A stretch of DNA of 64,000 nucleotides, from positions 384,001-448,000 of the forward strand of contig CAWGXH010000004.1 in the NCBI GenBank assembly GCA_963826525.1. The letters run 5' to 3'. Source of the stretch: an uncultured Methanomicrobiaceae archaeon (GTDB lineage: Archaea > Halobacteriota > Methanomicrobia > Methanomicrobiales > Methanoculleaceae). Of this stretch, positions 1-9,965 are shown piece by piece. The notes beneath the pieces are model-generated. The model was given only the letters and a program-made list of their open reading frames with translations, did not search any database and had not been told where the DNA came from. Positions within the stretch are counted from its first letter, which is position 1. Every line of letters starts with the position of its first letter. A program made the position numbers and the translations under genes.

Positions 1-467
1 CAATGGTCGATCTGCCGGACGACGTGAAAGAGAAGCTCAACTCGTTTCTCCCCAAGTGCTGGAACCACGCAAACCCCATGGATCTCCTCGGGGATACCGG
101 TGTCGACCGATTTGCAGCGGTCTTCGATATCATGATCAGGCACCAGGACTTCTGGGATATCGCATTCGTCATCGCCGTTCCGACGATGCTCACGAACCCG
201 ACGCATCTGGCGAACGAGATGGTCAGGTTTTCACGCCATACCGAGAAGATGGTCGTCGGCTGTGTTCTCGGCGGCGACAGCATGAGGAGCGGCCTTCGGA
301 TTCTCCGGAGCTGCAATATCCCGAACTTCTCGGAGCTCGAGGACGCATTCAAGGCCGTCGGCAGCATCTTCGAAGCCCGGGGCGAAAGTCCCGACAGCGG
401 CCGCATGTCCCCGGTTTCCGAGGGGCAGTGCATGTGGAGGGAGGCCGGCAGCCAGCAGGCACGCTGA
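1..467 (+). CDS. ADP-forming acyl/acetyl-CoA synthetase alpha subunit, C-terminal part (truncated by window edge)
   Basis: LP..W...NPMDLLGD motif and C-terminal VVGCVLGG...LRSCNIPNF..LEDA, typical of ACD alpha flavodoxin-like domains. Confidence 0.8.
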   Translation, partial: MVDLPDDVKEKLNSFLPKCWNHANPMDLLGDTGVDRFAAVFDIMIRHQDFWDIAFVIAVPTMLTNPTHLANEMVRFSRHTEKMVVGCVLGGDSMRSGLRILRSCNIPNFSELEDAFKAVGSIFEARGESPDSGRMSPVSEGQCMWREAGSQQAR

Positions 468-529
468 AAGATACGAAGAACTATATCATCTATCGGCACA
501 CCGGAGCCGTATCTGATGAGGTAGAGTAG

Positions 530-1900
530 ATGTTATTTGAAAAGGTGGTATCCGAACTCCTCGCCCACAACTCGTATATGATCGGCTCGGGGGGGGAAGC
601 TGCGGTCATCGATCCGCGGCGCGACTGCCAGGTGTACACGAATATCGCAGAAAACCGGAATATGAAGATCACCCACATCTTCGAGACGCACAGAAACGAG
701 GATTATGTCGTTGGGTCACGGGAACTGGCACGCCCGACCGGAGCCGCGATCTACCATAGCAGGAAAGCGGATTTCGGATACGGAAACAGCGTCTCGGAGG
801 GGGATACCTTCTCCATCGGAACGCTCAGGCTCCGGGTGCTCGAGACGCCGGGACATACGAAGGAAAGCCTCTCATTCGTCCTCTCGGATACCTCCGTCTC
901 CGACGACCCGCTCATGGTCTTCACCGGGGATGCACTCTTTGCCGGTGACGTGGGGCGAACCGACCTTGCCGGAGACGAGATGCGGGAGAAGATGTCCGGG
1001 ATGCTGTACGACAGCCTCCATGAAAAGATCCTCCCACTCGGAGACGGCGTGATCGTATGCCCCGCTCACGGAGCAGGGTCGGTCTGCGGCGGCGATATCA
1101 GCGACCGGGAGTATACCACCGTCGGGTACGAGAAGAAGCATAACCCGCTCCTGCAAAGGACGAAACCTGAGTTTGTGGAGTACAAAATACATGAACATCT
1201 CTACGTGCCGCCGTATTTTGCGAAGATGGAAGAGGTGAACCTGCACGGTCCGCCGCTCATATACAACATCCCGTACCTCGCGGCGCTCACGCCGCAGGAG
1301 ATCCTCGAGTATCGAAAGCAGGCTGCACAGATTGTCGATATCCGCTCGCCGACGAGCTTCGGCGGCGGCCATATTCCAGGAAGTATCAATATCTGGCGGG
1401 AGGGACTCCCTGCGTTCATGGGGTATGTGGTAAACTATGAAGACCCCATCATCCTCATCGACGACTTCAATCTCGACCTTGACCATGTCATCCGCCACTT
1501 CATCCGCCTCGGGTACGATAACCTGACCGGGTACCTTGCAGACGGGTTTGCCACCTGGTTCCGGCAGGGGAAGCATATCGAGAGAACCGGCATCTGGTCG
1601 CCGTACGATCTCAAAGAACACATGGAAGATCCGTCGATCTACATCCTGGACGTGCGGGATATCGCCCACCGGGAGAGGGATGGCTCTATTCCCGGGTCGC
1701 ACCACATCTACGTCGGTCACCTCGAAGAGAGGCTCGATGAAATCCCGGAGGATACGCAGATCGTCGTGCACTGCGATGTCGGGTTCAAGGGAAGTCTCGG
1801 GGCCAGCATTCTCCAGAAGAACGGGTTTCCAAACGTCACCAACCTGCTCGGCGGAACACGCGGCTGGGAAGGGGCGGGTTTCTCCCTTATCCGGGATTAA
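530..1900 (+). CDS. MBL-fold hydrolase fused to two rhodanese domains (persulfide dioxygenase/sulfurtransferase-like)
   Basis: THRNEDY, ETPGHT, FTGDALF, PAHGAGSVCG motifs; DIRS..SFGGGHIPGS and DVRD...GSIPGS..VHCDVG rhodanese repeats; SD GAGGT upstream. Confidence 0.9.
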   Translation: MLFEKVVSELLAHNSYMIGSGGEAAVIDPRRDCQVYTNIAENRNMKITHIFETHRNEDYVVGSRELARPTGAAIYHSRKADFGYGNSVSEGDTFSIGTLRLRVLETPGHTKESLSFVLSDTSVSDDPLMVFTGDALFAGDVGRTDLAGDEMREKMSGMLYDSLHEKILPLGDGVIVCPAHGAGSVCGGDISDREYTTVGYEKKHNPLLQRTKPEFVEYKIHEHLYVPPYFAKMEEVNLHGPPLIYNIPYLAALTPQEILEYRKQAAQIVDIRSPTSFGGGHIPGSINIWREGLPAFMGYVVNYEDPIILIDDFNLDLDHVIRHFIRLGYDNLTGYLADGFATWFRQGKHIERTGIWSPYDLKEHMEDPSIYILDVRDIAHRERDGSIPGSHHIYVGHLEERLDEIPEDTQIVVHCDVGFKGSLGASILQKNGFPNVTNLLGGTRGWEGAGFSLIRD

Positions 1901-1925
1901 AAGCTCTTCCTCCCTGGAGGACGCC

Positions 1926-2456
1926 TCACCGCTTCGCCGGCATCTCCTGCTCGAGCCGCACCGTGACGGGCACCGGATTTATCAGCGTATCGGTGACCGG
2001 TGATGTGCTCCTGCTCCGCCAAACAATCTCTGCGATCTTCTCAGGCGACGCATCGGCATCCACCCGGACGGTCACGCGGATGCTCTGGAAACCCGGCCGG
2101 ACGTCCGTCGGGAGCTGTCGACTAAAGAATCCCTGCAGATCGATATCCCCCTCAAGGTCGAGTTCGACCGATCGGAGCTCGACCCCGTCTTCGGCAGCGC
2201 TGTAGGCGATCCCGACCGTGATACATGCGCCGAGAGCCGCAAGCACGAGTTCGGGCGGACTTGGCCCCCTATTCGTCCCGCCGACATCTTCGGTTTCGTC
2301 CGCGGCGATGACGAAGTTCCGGAAAAGCCCGGTTGAATGCGCCCCTTCATTCCAGTCCGTGATCCCGGTGAACGTGAGCAGGCCCTCATCCGGGTTCTTC
2401 CGGAGAGCGTTCACCGTAGTCCGGACGCGCTCCATAGCAACCCCGTTATCTATCAC
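1926..2456 (-). CDS. OsmC/Ohr family protein
   Basis: ADE...GG.NRGPSPPELVLAALGAC and EGDIDL.GF...RPGFQ.I motifs; GTG start at 2456 after GGAGGT. Confidence 0.85.
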   Translation of the reverse strand: MIDNGVAMERVRTTVNALRKNPDEGLLTFTGITDWNEGAHSTGLFRNFVIAADETEDVGGTNRGPSPPELVLAALGACITVGIAYSAAEDGVELRSVELDLEGDIDLQGFFSRQLPTDVRPGFQSIRVTVRVDADASPEKIAEIVWRSRSTSPVTDTLINPVPVTVRLEQEMPAKR

Positions 2457-2541
2457 ATTGATACCTCCGCCGAACGGGCATACCCGTGAGAGGTCATAAC
2501 CGTTGCCCTCACGGCGGGATAAGGTGGTGAGGAGGCCGCGC

Positions 2542-4710
2542 TCACCTTCCCGGCAGAGGCGCTTCCCTCTCCACCCGGAGCAGCGAGAGCATCTCGCCGG
2601 CATCGGTCGTCGGGATGTCGCAGGCGTAGTTCGTGCAGACGTACGCGGTCGCCCGGCCGTCGAGCGGAACGATGTCCTGCGTGAAGGGGGCGACCGAGGC
2701 GATAGCAGGCGGCTCCTCGCCGGCAGGCCGGAAGAGAACGACTGCGTTTGGAATGAACTTCGAACGGAGTGTCCGGATCAGTGCATCGGTATCTTCGGCG
2801 CCGGGGTTGCCGGTGATAATCACCTCGTAGTTCGGGCCTATGGCAAAATCAAGTGCGATCAGGAGGAACGTATGGGCTGCCGGCATCGAACGGACGATCT
2901 CGGAGAATGCCCGTCCGGTACTGCGGGCAATCTCCTCAAACTCGAGGTTGACCGTCATCCTCCCGAGGATGAACAGGTCGAGCATGGCGACACTGTTCGC
3001 CGACGGTACCGCCCCGTCGTAGACCTCTTTCTGCCTGACCGGCACATCCTCCGCATCCTCCGGCATCGTATAGAAACCCTCCCGGGCGCTGTCCCGGTAG
3101 TGCGCGATCAGGTCGGCCGCGAGCTCGAGGGCAGCGATGAGATAGTCGACCCGGAACGTCGTCTCGTAGAGCTCCCGAAGCCCCCAGATCAGAAACGCGT
3201 AGTCGGCGGACGTTGCCGTTATACCGGCATCCCCTTCCCGATACCGGTGGAGAAGGCGGCCGTCGGGGCGGCGCAGGTGCGCAAGAACAAACGAAGCGGC
3301 CTTCTCGGCAGCGTCACGGTATTCGGTGGAGGAAAGCACCCTTGCGGCCTTCGCAAGTGCGGCGATCATCAGCCCGTTCCAATCGGTCAGGATCTTGTCG
3401 TCCTTCTGGGGAGGTACGCGCTGCTTCCGGGAATCAAAGAGCCTTCGGCGTGCCGACTCGATGAACCGCGACAGTTCATCCTCCGTCATGCCAAGTTCGG
3501 CGGCCCACGCCCGACGCGATCTCCGCATACGGAGGATGTTGCTCCCTGTCCTCTCCCCGGCCGCCTCTCCGGCGAAGTTGCCGGCCTGCCGCATGTCAAA
3601 TATCCTCGCAAAACGCTCACCGTCTCCTCCCCCGAGAACCTCTCTGATCTCATCCTCTGTCCAGAGGTAAAATTTCCCTTCGATGCCCTCACTGTCCGCA
3701 TCCTCGGCAGCGTAAAACCCACCATTCGGATCGGTCATATCCCGGAGGACGTAGGTGATGGTCTCCTCCGCCGTCCGACGGAACGCTTCGTCGTCGAACG
3801 CCTGGTAGGCCTCGACGTAGGCCATCACGAGCAGTGCCTGATCGTAGAGCATCTTCTCAAAGTGCGGTACGAACCAATCCGCATCGGTCGAGTAGCGGTG
3901 AAAGCCAAACCCGATGTGGTCGTATATGCCGCCCTGCTGCATGGCGCGGAGGGTCTTTTCCACCATGGCAGAAGCAGGCTCCGCCCCGGTTCTATTCCCG
4001 TAGCGCAAGAGAAAGAGAAGGTTTTGCGGCGACGGGAACTTTGGGGCGCTCCCAAAACCTCCGCGGTCTGCATCGAAACTCTGAAGCAGGGTCGTGTAGG
4101 CTTCTTCGAGAACTCCGGCATCGAGGTCTTCCCCGCCCGAGGTGCTCGCCACCTTTTCGATAGCCTCAATAACACTGCTCCCGGCCTCTTCGAGGTCGCT
4201 ACGCTGCGATACCCAGGCGCGGTGAATGCGGGGGATCAGATCGAGCATACCGGTCATGCCATACCGGCTCTCCTTCGGGATGTAGGTCGCGGCAAAGAAC
4301 GGCTTTCTCTCCGGAGTCATCAGGATGGTGAGCGGCCACCCTCCTCTGCCGGTCAGCAGGTGTGCGGCGGTCATATAGATCTGATCGAGGTCGGGGCGCT
4401 CCTCCCGGTCGACCTTGATGCAGACGAAGACATCATTGAGAAGTCTCGCCACCTGGCGGTCTTCAAAGGACTCGTGCGCCATGACGTGGCACCAGTGGCA
4501 CGTCGAGTACCCGATGGAAAGGAAAATCGGTTTATGCTCCTCTCGCGCCTTTAAAAAGGCCTCTTCACCCCACGGATACCAGTCGACGGGATTGTGTGCA
4601 TGCTGCAAAAGATACGGGCTCTTCTCCCGGATGAGCCGGTTTGGCGCTGCTGCCTGCTCATGTACAGCAGTTCCTTCTGGATTTCCACGGCCTCTGTTCA
4701 TACGCTTCAC
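2542..4710 (-). CDS. Thioredoxin-domain protein, YyaL/SPATA20 family
   Basis: [49 protein letters not shown]. Confidence 0.95.
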   Translation of the reverse strand: MKRMNRGRGNPEGTAVHEQAAAPNRLIREKSPYLLQHAHNPVDWYPWGEEAFLKAREEHKPIFLSIGYSTCHWCHVMAHESFEDRQVARLLNDVFVCIKVDREERPDLDQIYMTAAHLLTGRGGWPLTILMTPERKPFFAATYIPKESRYGMTGMLDLIPRIHRAWVSQRSDLEEAGSSVIEAIEKVASTSGGEDLDAGVLEEAYTTLLQSFDADRGGFGSAPKFPSPQNLLFLLRYGNRTGAEPASAMVEKTLRAMQQGGIYDHIGFGFHRYSTDADWFVPHFEKMLYDQALLVMAYVEAYQAFDDEAFRRTAEETITYVLRDMTDPNGGFYAAEDADSEGIEGKFYLWTEDEIREVLGGGDGERFARIFDMRQAGNFAGEAAGERTGSNILRMRRSRRAWAAELGMTEDELSRFIESARRRLFDSRKQRVPPQKDDKILTDWNGLMIAALAKAARVLSSTEYRDAAEKAASFVLAHLRRPDGRLLHRYREGDAGITATSADYAFLIWGLRELYETTFRVDYLIAALELAADLIAHYRDSAREGFYTMPEDAEDVPVRQKEVYDGAVPSANSVAMLDLFILGRMTVNLEFEEIARSTGRAFSEIVRSMPAAHTFLLIALDFAIGPNYEVIITGNPGAEDTDALIRTLRSKFIPNAVVLFRPAGEEPPAIASVAPFTQDIVPLDGRATAYVCTNYACDIPTTDAGEMLSLLRVEREAPLPGR

Positions 4711-4804
4711 GCACTGACCTGAAGGTACAGTTTAATAAAGGTACCGGAGAGGCCGGCATCTCCCAAAGAGCGGTTGAAAAGAGGAACGAATTGGTAAGAC
4801 TATC

Positions 4805-5107
4805 TCATTCCGAGATTGGAATCTCCACAACCTCTTCGGGGGGCTGCTGCTTGTAGGGTACGTCCACCGCCAGAAGGCCGTTCCTGAAGGTTGCCTTCGC
4901 GCTGTCCGGATCGATGGGACAGCAGACGGCGTAAGTTCCGACATATCGGATATCCTCCCGCGACGCATCGATCGTGAAGCTGTCCTCCTGCATCTTGAAC
5001 GAGATATTCTCTTTATCCACACCGGGCAATTCAACCTCGATGTGAAGTTGTTCACCGGCCTCATCAGCGTATGCACAGACACTCGGGGCTACTCTCACTG
5101 CTACCAT
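4805..5107 (-). CDS. Small heat-shock protein (Hsp20/alpha-crystallin)
   Basis: VELPGVDKENI and AKATFRNGLL.V.VP motifs; SD GGAGGTG; TTTAAGTA TATA-like box upstream. Confidence 0.85.
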   Translation of the reverse strand: MVAVRVAPSVCAYADEAGEQLHIEVELPGVDKENISFKMQEDSFTIDASREDIRYVGTYAVCCPIDPDSAKATFRNGLLAVDVPYKQQPPEEVVEIPISE

Positions 5108-5313
5108 AACCACACCTCCGACTCGCACCAGAGATCACTTCCGGATACTTAAACATTCCCGGGCCAGCGGGGAAGACCCCTGGAAGAGTTCAACCCTGCG
5201 AAGAAGAAACCCGGCAGAGTGCCCTTTCTGGCGATCCGGCAGACTTCCGTGCCGGGAGCACCGTGGCACCGGGAGGAGAAAGATATTTTATCACAGAGTC
5301 CAGAACTACCGAT

Positions 5314-5694
5314 ATGAGCGAGCGGTTCATCTTCACGAAGCACCGGACGAAATGCTATGCCTGTGGAGAAGTTGCTGACCAGAAAATCAAGGCGGTCTCG
5401 GCGCAGGCGCAGGTGGTCTGTTCGCACTGCGGCGCCACGCGGATCTTCCTCCCGAGAGTCGAGGATGTCGGGGCGGAGGGGTCATACACCCCTATCGGCT
5501 GCTACGATATCTGGGAGCTGGAGGCGGATGCTCCCTGCAAACGGTGCACCGTGACCGGGCCGCATGATCTCATCATTGGGTGCAACCACTTTACGACACG
5601 GTGCAGGAACTGCGGCTACACGCACTTCTATAAATTCAATCTCGAATACGTCGCCCAGTGTCCGATCGAAGAAGAAGGGGAAGGAGAAGGCTAA
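5314..5694 (+). CDS. Small Cys-rich protein with two zinc-ribbon-like units
   Basis: Four CxxC pairs (CYAC, CSHC, CKRC, CRNC) in 126 aa; AT-rich promoter-like sequence upstream. Confidence 0.75.
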   Translation: MSERFIFTKHRTKCYACGEVADQKIKAVSAQAQVVCSHCGATRIFLPRVEDVGAEGSYTPIGCYDIWELEADAPCKRCTVTGPHDLIIGCNHFTTRCRNCGYTHFYKFNLEYVAQCPIEEEGEGEG

Positions 5695-5936
5695 CGGTCT
5701 TCTCTCACCATTGCAATTGCTTTCTTCGGGCATTCGGCGGCGCAGATACCGCAGCCCTTGCAGAACTCGAGATCGATAACGAGTTCCTGATCGATAACGC
5801 CATCCGGGCAGAACTGGGCGCAGAGCCCGCAGGCGTTGCACCGTTCGCGGTCTACTTCGGGGCGGAACGTCCGCCACGATCCCGTCTTTCCCGACGACGC
5901 TTCGGTCGGTCTGCTGATCGCAAGTCTCTCTCTCAT
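5691..5936 (-). CDS. porD: 2-oxoacid:ferredoxin oxidoreductase delta subunit (2x[4Fe-4S])
   Basis: KTGSWRTFRP, CNACGLCAQFCP and CKGCGICAAECP. Confidence 0.9.
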   Translation of the reverse strand: MRERLAISRPTEASSGKTGSWRTFRPEVDRERCNACGLCAQFCPDGVIDQELVIDLEFCKGCGICAAECPKKAIAMVREDR

Positions 5937-6460
5937 ATCTTCAACTCCTCGTAGGCCTTCTCAGCGGCCTGCACGTTTCGTTCGTCCGCAAACGTCTCAC
6001 CGATTACCGCCTTCACCGAGGGGAGCGAGACGATCCCCATCCGGGCGAGGGCGCCGAGCACCGGTGTATTGAGGATGGGGCTCCCGGCAATCACCAGGTC
6101 GAGCGAGAGCGCGATCTCCGTCAGATCGACGTGGTGGGTGGTGCGACCGTCCCCGTCCATATCGTGCGAGCTGTTCAGCAGCACCACGCCGCCCTCTTTG
6201 AGTCCCTGCAGCACGTCTACAACGTCCATGATGCTTGTATCGAGGACGATGACGAGATCGGGCTTCTGAATCTGGGAGTAGACGCGGATCGGCTTATCGT
6301 CGATCCTGACGAAGGAGACGACCGGCGCACCCCGGCGCTCCGCACCGTAGAATGGGCAGGCCGTCGCATGTCTGCCGTCGCGGAATGCCGCGAGCGCTAA
6401 AAGCCGTGCGGCCGTTACGCCGCCCTGACCGCCGCGGGAGTGAATCCGGATCTCATACAT
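5933..6460 (-). CDS. porC: 2-oxoacid:ferredoxin oxidoreductase gamma subunit
   Basis: [26 protein letters not shown]. Confidence 0.92.
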   Translation of the reverse strand: MYEIRIHSRGGQGGVTAARLLALAAFRDGRHATACPFYGAERRGAPVVSFVRIDDKPIRVYSQIQKPDLVIVLDTSIMDVVDVLQGLKEGGVVLLNSSHDMDGDGRTTHHVDLTEIALSLDLVIAGSPILNTPVLGALARMGIVSLPSVKAVIGETFADERNVQAAEKAYEELKI

Positions 6461-7566
6461 TGCTGCTCACCCCAAACCAGAACTCCTCTCCGGGCTTTCG
6501 TGTCCTCACGAACCCGGCGATATCGTCGTACGTGACCTCCTGGCCGCCGAGCCCCGCAATCACGCTGTAAGGCTCGGCACCGGTCGTCGAGCGGATGGAA
6601 TGAGCAAGGACACCGCCAAAGCCGAAGGAGTAGTCGCGATCGATGACGACGACATCCCGACCGGCGAGGTCGAGCTTCGGGAACGGGCGGAACCAGCGCA
6701 GGCGCATGGAGCCCGCGGCAATCCCTTCCTCCCTGAGGAGATCCACGGCGACCTCGGCCTCCTTGCCGAGCGTTCCCATCGCAACGATGACGACCTCGGC
6801 GTCCTCGCAGCGGTAGTCTTCGGTCACGCCGTACGTCCGCCCGAACCGCTCCGCAAAATCACGCTCGACCTCGGCGATGACGCCCACGGCGTCACGCATG
6901 GAGCGCTCCATATCCCAGCGGAACTTGTAGTACCTGGTCGGCCCGGTCAGCGGCCCGTAGACACAGGGGTTCTCGACGTCGATCGCATGGGGAACCCGTA
7001 CCGGCGGGACGAAGTCCCCGGGGTCGACCGCTTCGAGCGACTGCGTGATGTGGCTTAAGGTGAACCCGTCGAGGTTGACCATCACCGGCAGGAGGACATC
7101 CTCGTGCTCGGCGATCCGGAAGGCCATCAGGGTTGCATCGTACGCCTCCTGGACGGTGCTCACGAAGACCTGCAGCCAGCCGGTATCCCGCTGGGAGAAC
7201 GCATCCGTAGTGCTCCGCCCAGACGTTCCACCCGGGTCCGAGCGCACGGTTGACGTTCGCCATCACAATCGGAAGGCGGGCGCCTGCCGCCCAGTGGACC
7301 ATCTCGTGCATATAGAGGAGCCCGTGAGAGCTCGTCGCGGTGAACGTCCGCACGCCCGCCGCGCTAGCCCCTATACAGGCGGCCATGGCGGAGTGTTCGC
7401 TCTCCACCGGAATGTACTGGGCCGCAAGGTCTCCGGCCGAGACGTACTCTGCGATCTGCTCGACAATCTCCGTCTGGGGCGTGATCGGGTACGCGGCGAT
7501 GACGCCGGGTTTAACCGCCTTCACCGCTGCGGCCACCGCTTTGTTTCCTGTTGCAATCGTCAGCAT
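6453..7566 (-). CDS. porA: 2-oxoacid:ferredoxin oxidoreductase alpha subunit (one apparent frameshift near 7209)
   Basis: [26 protein letters not shown]; removing one base at ~7209 restores [13 protein letters not shown] and joins ORFs 6892-7566 and 6453-7247. Confidence 0.9.
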
Positions 7567-8441
7567 ATGCCTTCCGCCTCCCGGGAGAGCCGCGTGTTCG
7601 TCGCCTGAACCTGCCGGCGCATCTCTTCGAGAATCTCCGGAGTGATACCTTTGAAGCGCCCCTGTCCCTTGATGTAATCCTCAATCGGGAGGGGGTTCTT
7701 CATCGCTGCCTTTGAGGGGCCGTTTATTGTAAGCGCGCCGTTTTCACGCTCATAGAGAACCCACGTGCCGCTCCTGACCGCCAGTTTTCCCATCTCGACG
7801 GTCTTCTCCGAGGAGTACCGCCACCCGGGAGGGCACGGAGCAAGAATATGGATGAACTTCGGCCCCCGGATCGAGAGCGCCTTCTTCACTTTCTTATAAA
7901 GGTCGAGGGGATAGGCACTGCAGGCCGTCGCCATATACGGCGGGTTGTGCGCCTCAACGATCCGGTCGAGGTCTTTCTTCGGCGTCGGTTTGCCGCCGGG
8001 GGTCGTGGTGGTACGGGCACCGAGCGGGGTTGCGCCTGACCGCTGCATCCCGGTGTTGCCGTACGCCTCGTTATCGTAGCAGATATAGAGAAAGTCGGTG
8101 CCACGTTCGAACGCTCCGGAGAGGGACTGGATGCCGATATCAACCGTCCCACCATCACCGGCGTAGACGATAACGTTCGTATCTCGCCCGAGAGCACGGA
8201 ATGCATTGCTCATCCCGGATGCGCAGGCAGCTGCCGCGGCGAAGGCGATATTGTAGACGGGGATGTCCATCGCCGTGTTCGGGTAAATTCCCTGAATGAC
8301 ACTGGTACAACAGGCCGGGACGACCAGAACAGTATCAGGCCCTGCGGCTTTTGTAACGTACCGCAGGCACAGGGAAGAACTGCACCCCGCACAGGCGGAT
8401 GTACATTTCAACAGGTATTCTTCTTTCGGGATTGCGGTCAT
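7560..8441 (-). CDS. porB: 2-oxoacid:ferredoxin oxidoreductase beta subunit (TPP-binding)
   Basis: ACAGC, GDGGT.DIG...[17 protein letters not shown] motif, APCPPGW. Confidence 0.92.
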   Translation of the reverse strand: MTAIPKEEYLLKCTSACAGCSSSLCLRYVTKAAGPDTVLVVPACCTSVIQGIYPNTAMDIPVYNIAFAAAAACASGMSNAFRALGRDTNVIVYAGDGGTVDIGIQSLSGAFERGTDFLYICYDNEAYGNTGMQRSGATPLGARTTTTPGGKPTPKKDLDRIVEAHNPPYMATACSAYPLDLYKKVKKALSIRGPKFIHILAPCPPGWRYSSEKTVEMGKLAVRSGTWVLYERENGALTINGPSKAAMKNPLPIEDYIKGQGRFKGITPEILEEMRRQVQATNTRLSREAEGIC

Positions 8442-8597
8442 TCACATCCTCCTTCACTAATCTGTCATCAATTATAATGAGGGTTTTGCAGTTACCCGGG
8501 TTCCGGAACAAAGGTGTCCCCACGGAATACGACGATATATACCTGCACAATACCGTTAAATACTTCAAACGTGCCCTTTTGGTAAGGAGAACTTCTT

Positions 8598-9263
8598 ATG
8601 TCCGATTATACCAGTAACGGCGAGCGGGGCGAGGGTATCATCCCCCCGCCACCCGACACCGGGGAACCTGAGGAGAGGCCGCATGGAGACGCACCGGCGC
8701 TTGAGGAGGGAACAGAGCAGGAGAGCAGGATCGTCAGGCCCGCCCCTCCACCGCCAGCAGCACCGAAACCGACGCCGGTCGCGACGTCAAAACGAAAGAG
8801 CACGCATACGGGGCTTAAGATTGCTCTTGCCATCATTGTTGTCGTTGCCGTTCTCGCGGTTGCCGCAGTTGCCACCCTGAACGTAGAGGAGACGGCAGCG
8901 AGCACCTCCGTATCGTATCCGTATACCGTCACCTACGATGTCCTCTTCCCGAACTCCGAGGTCGTCAGGCTCGGCAACGTCGAGATCCTCGCGATCCCCC
9001 AGGCAGACAAGGTGACGCTCTCCGTCAATAAACAGCCCATCGAACTTGCGATCGGTGAGAAACAGGAGATCTCTGCAAAGCACGCCGTCATACGCACGCT
9101 CGGTGTCCAGGTGGTAGCGTTCGACTTCAAGATCGACGGCACCTACCGCGGGATGGTGGGAGACCGCGCCGATTTCTATCTCGCGTTCCAGACGTCACGG
9201 CAGGTACCGTCATTCCTGATCGATCAGCTCCTGCCGCGCAACGTCGAGGCGAGACCCGTCTAG
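8598..9263 (+). CDS. Hypothetical single-pass membrane protein with Pro/Glu-rich N-terminus
   Basis: Disordered acidic/Pro N-terminus, one hydrophobic helix, beta-rich C-terminal domain; SD AGGAG. Confidence 0.75.
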   Translation: MSDYTSNGERGEGIIPPPPDTGEPEERPHGDAPALEEGTEQESRIVRPAPPPPAAPKPTPVATSKRKSTHTGLKIALAIIVVVAVLAVAAVATLNVEETAASTSVSYPYTVTYDVLFPNSEVVRLGNVEILAIPQADKVTLSVNKQPIELAIGEKQEISAKHAVIRTLGVQVVAFDFKIDGTYRGMVGDRADFYLAFQTSRQVPSFLIDQLLPRNVEARPV

Positions 9264-9391
9264 ATAGGGGTTCTCTCCCACCTCCCCTCTCAGAGAAGAG
9301 TCTCTCCCGACCCTTCTTCGCAGACAGTCACGCCGACGCCCATGACGGCGAGCGACAGATATATCAATAAGAAGCAGCCATTCCCCTCACG

Positions 9392-9658
9392 ATGGGACGC
9401 TGGTTGACGAGACTCGGCCTGAGCCTGCTTGCGATCGGGCTGGTTGCCGCCCTGCTCTGGCTGCTGTACCTGTACCCGGAGATCGTTCTCGTATACGAGC
9501 TGGGCCTTATCGGCCTTGTATGCGGCCTTGAACTGCTCAACAGCTCGTCACTGAAAGCACGTCCGTTCGTAGGCTACCTCAGGATCACGCTGGTCGCCGG
9601 TCTTGTCATCTTCGGCCTTATCGTGATAAACAAGTTCCTGGTTCTGCTCGGGGGATAG
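9392..9658 (+). CDS. Small hydrophobic membrane protein (about 3 TM)
   Basis: 88 aa, Leu/Ile/Val/Gly-rich; TATA-like sequence at ~9358. Confidence 0.7.
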   Translation: MGRWLTRLGLSLLAIGLVAALLWLLYLYPEIVLVYELGLIGLVCGLELLNSSSLKARPFVGYLRITLVAGLVIFGLIVINKFLVLLGG

Positions 9659-9965
9659 CGCCCCGGCACCCCTCTTTCTCTCCGAAAAATCCTCTCCGCC
9701 CGTCAGAGAAGAAGGCCGGACGGTAACGGCACTGCCGGTAGTCCCGGCCGCTCTCCCGCACCCTCACGAGGGCAGGATTCGATATGCGGGAGAGGCGAAG
9801 AATTAAATAGGTGAATGGGCTTCATCAGAGTATCCTCATCATATGGAGATGCCCTGCACCAGAGACGAGTCGGCAGGAAGAGAGCACCCTGCCGACGAAG
9901 ATTTACTGCCGGCGGAGGAAACCGCACCGGGATTACCGGGAACAGGGCTGAAGGGAGACGATAAC

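Noticed and set aside
2503-4554. 683-aa plus-strand ORF and other long antisense ORFs (e.g. 10056-11378, 38899-40071, 49845-51020, 51552-52574, 61179-62324)
   Set aside because: Shadow frames opposite well-supported genes in high-GC DNA; Arg/Pro-rich with no recognisable motifs
5155-5280. GC-rich intergenic stretch as a tRNA or ncRNA
   Set aside because: No cloverleaf or T-loop consensus; fits a divergent promoter region
6453-7566. porA and the other split genes as pseudogenes or programmed frameshifts
   Set aside because: Single-base indels are scattered over core and accessory genes with no common slippery motif; assembly error is more parsimonious
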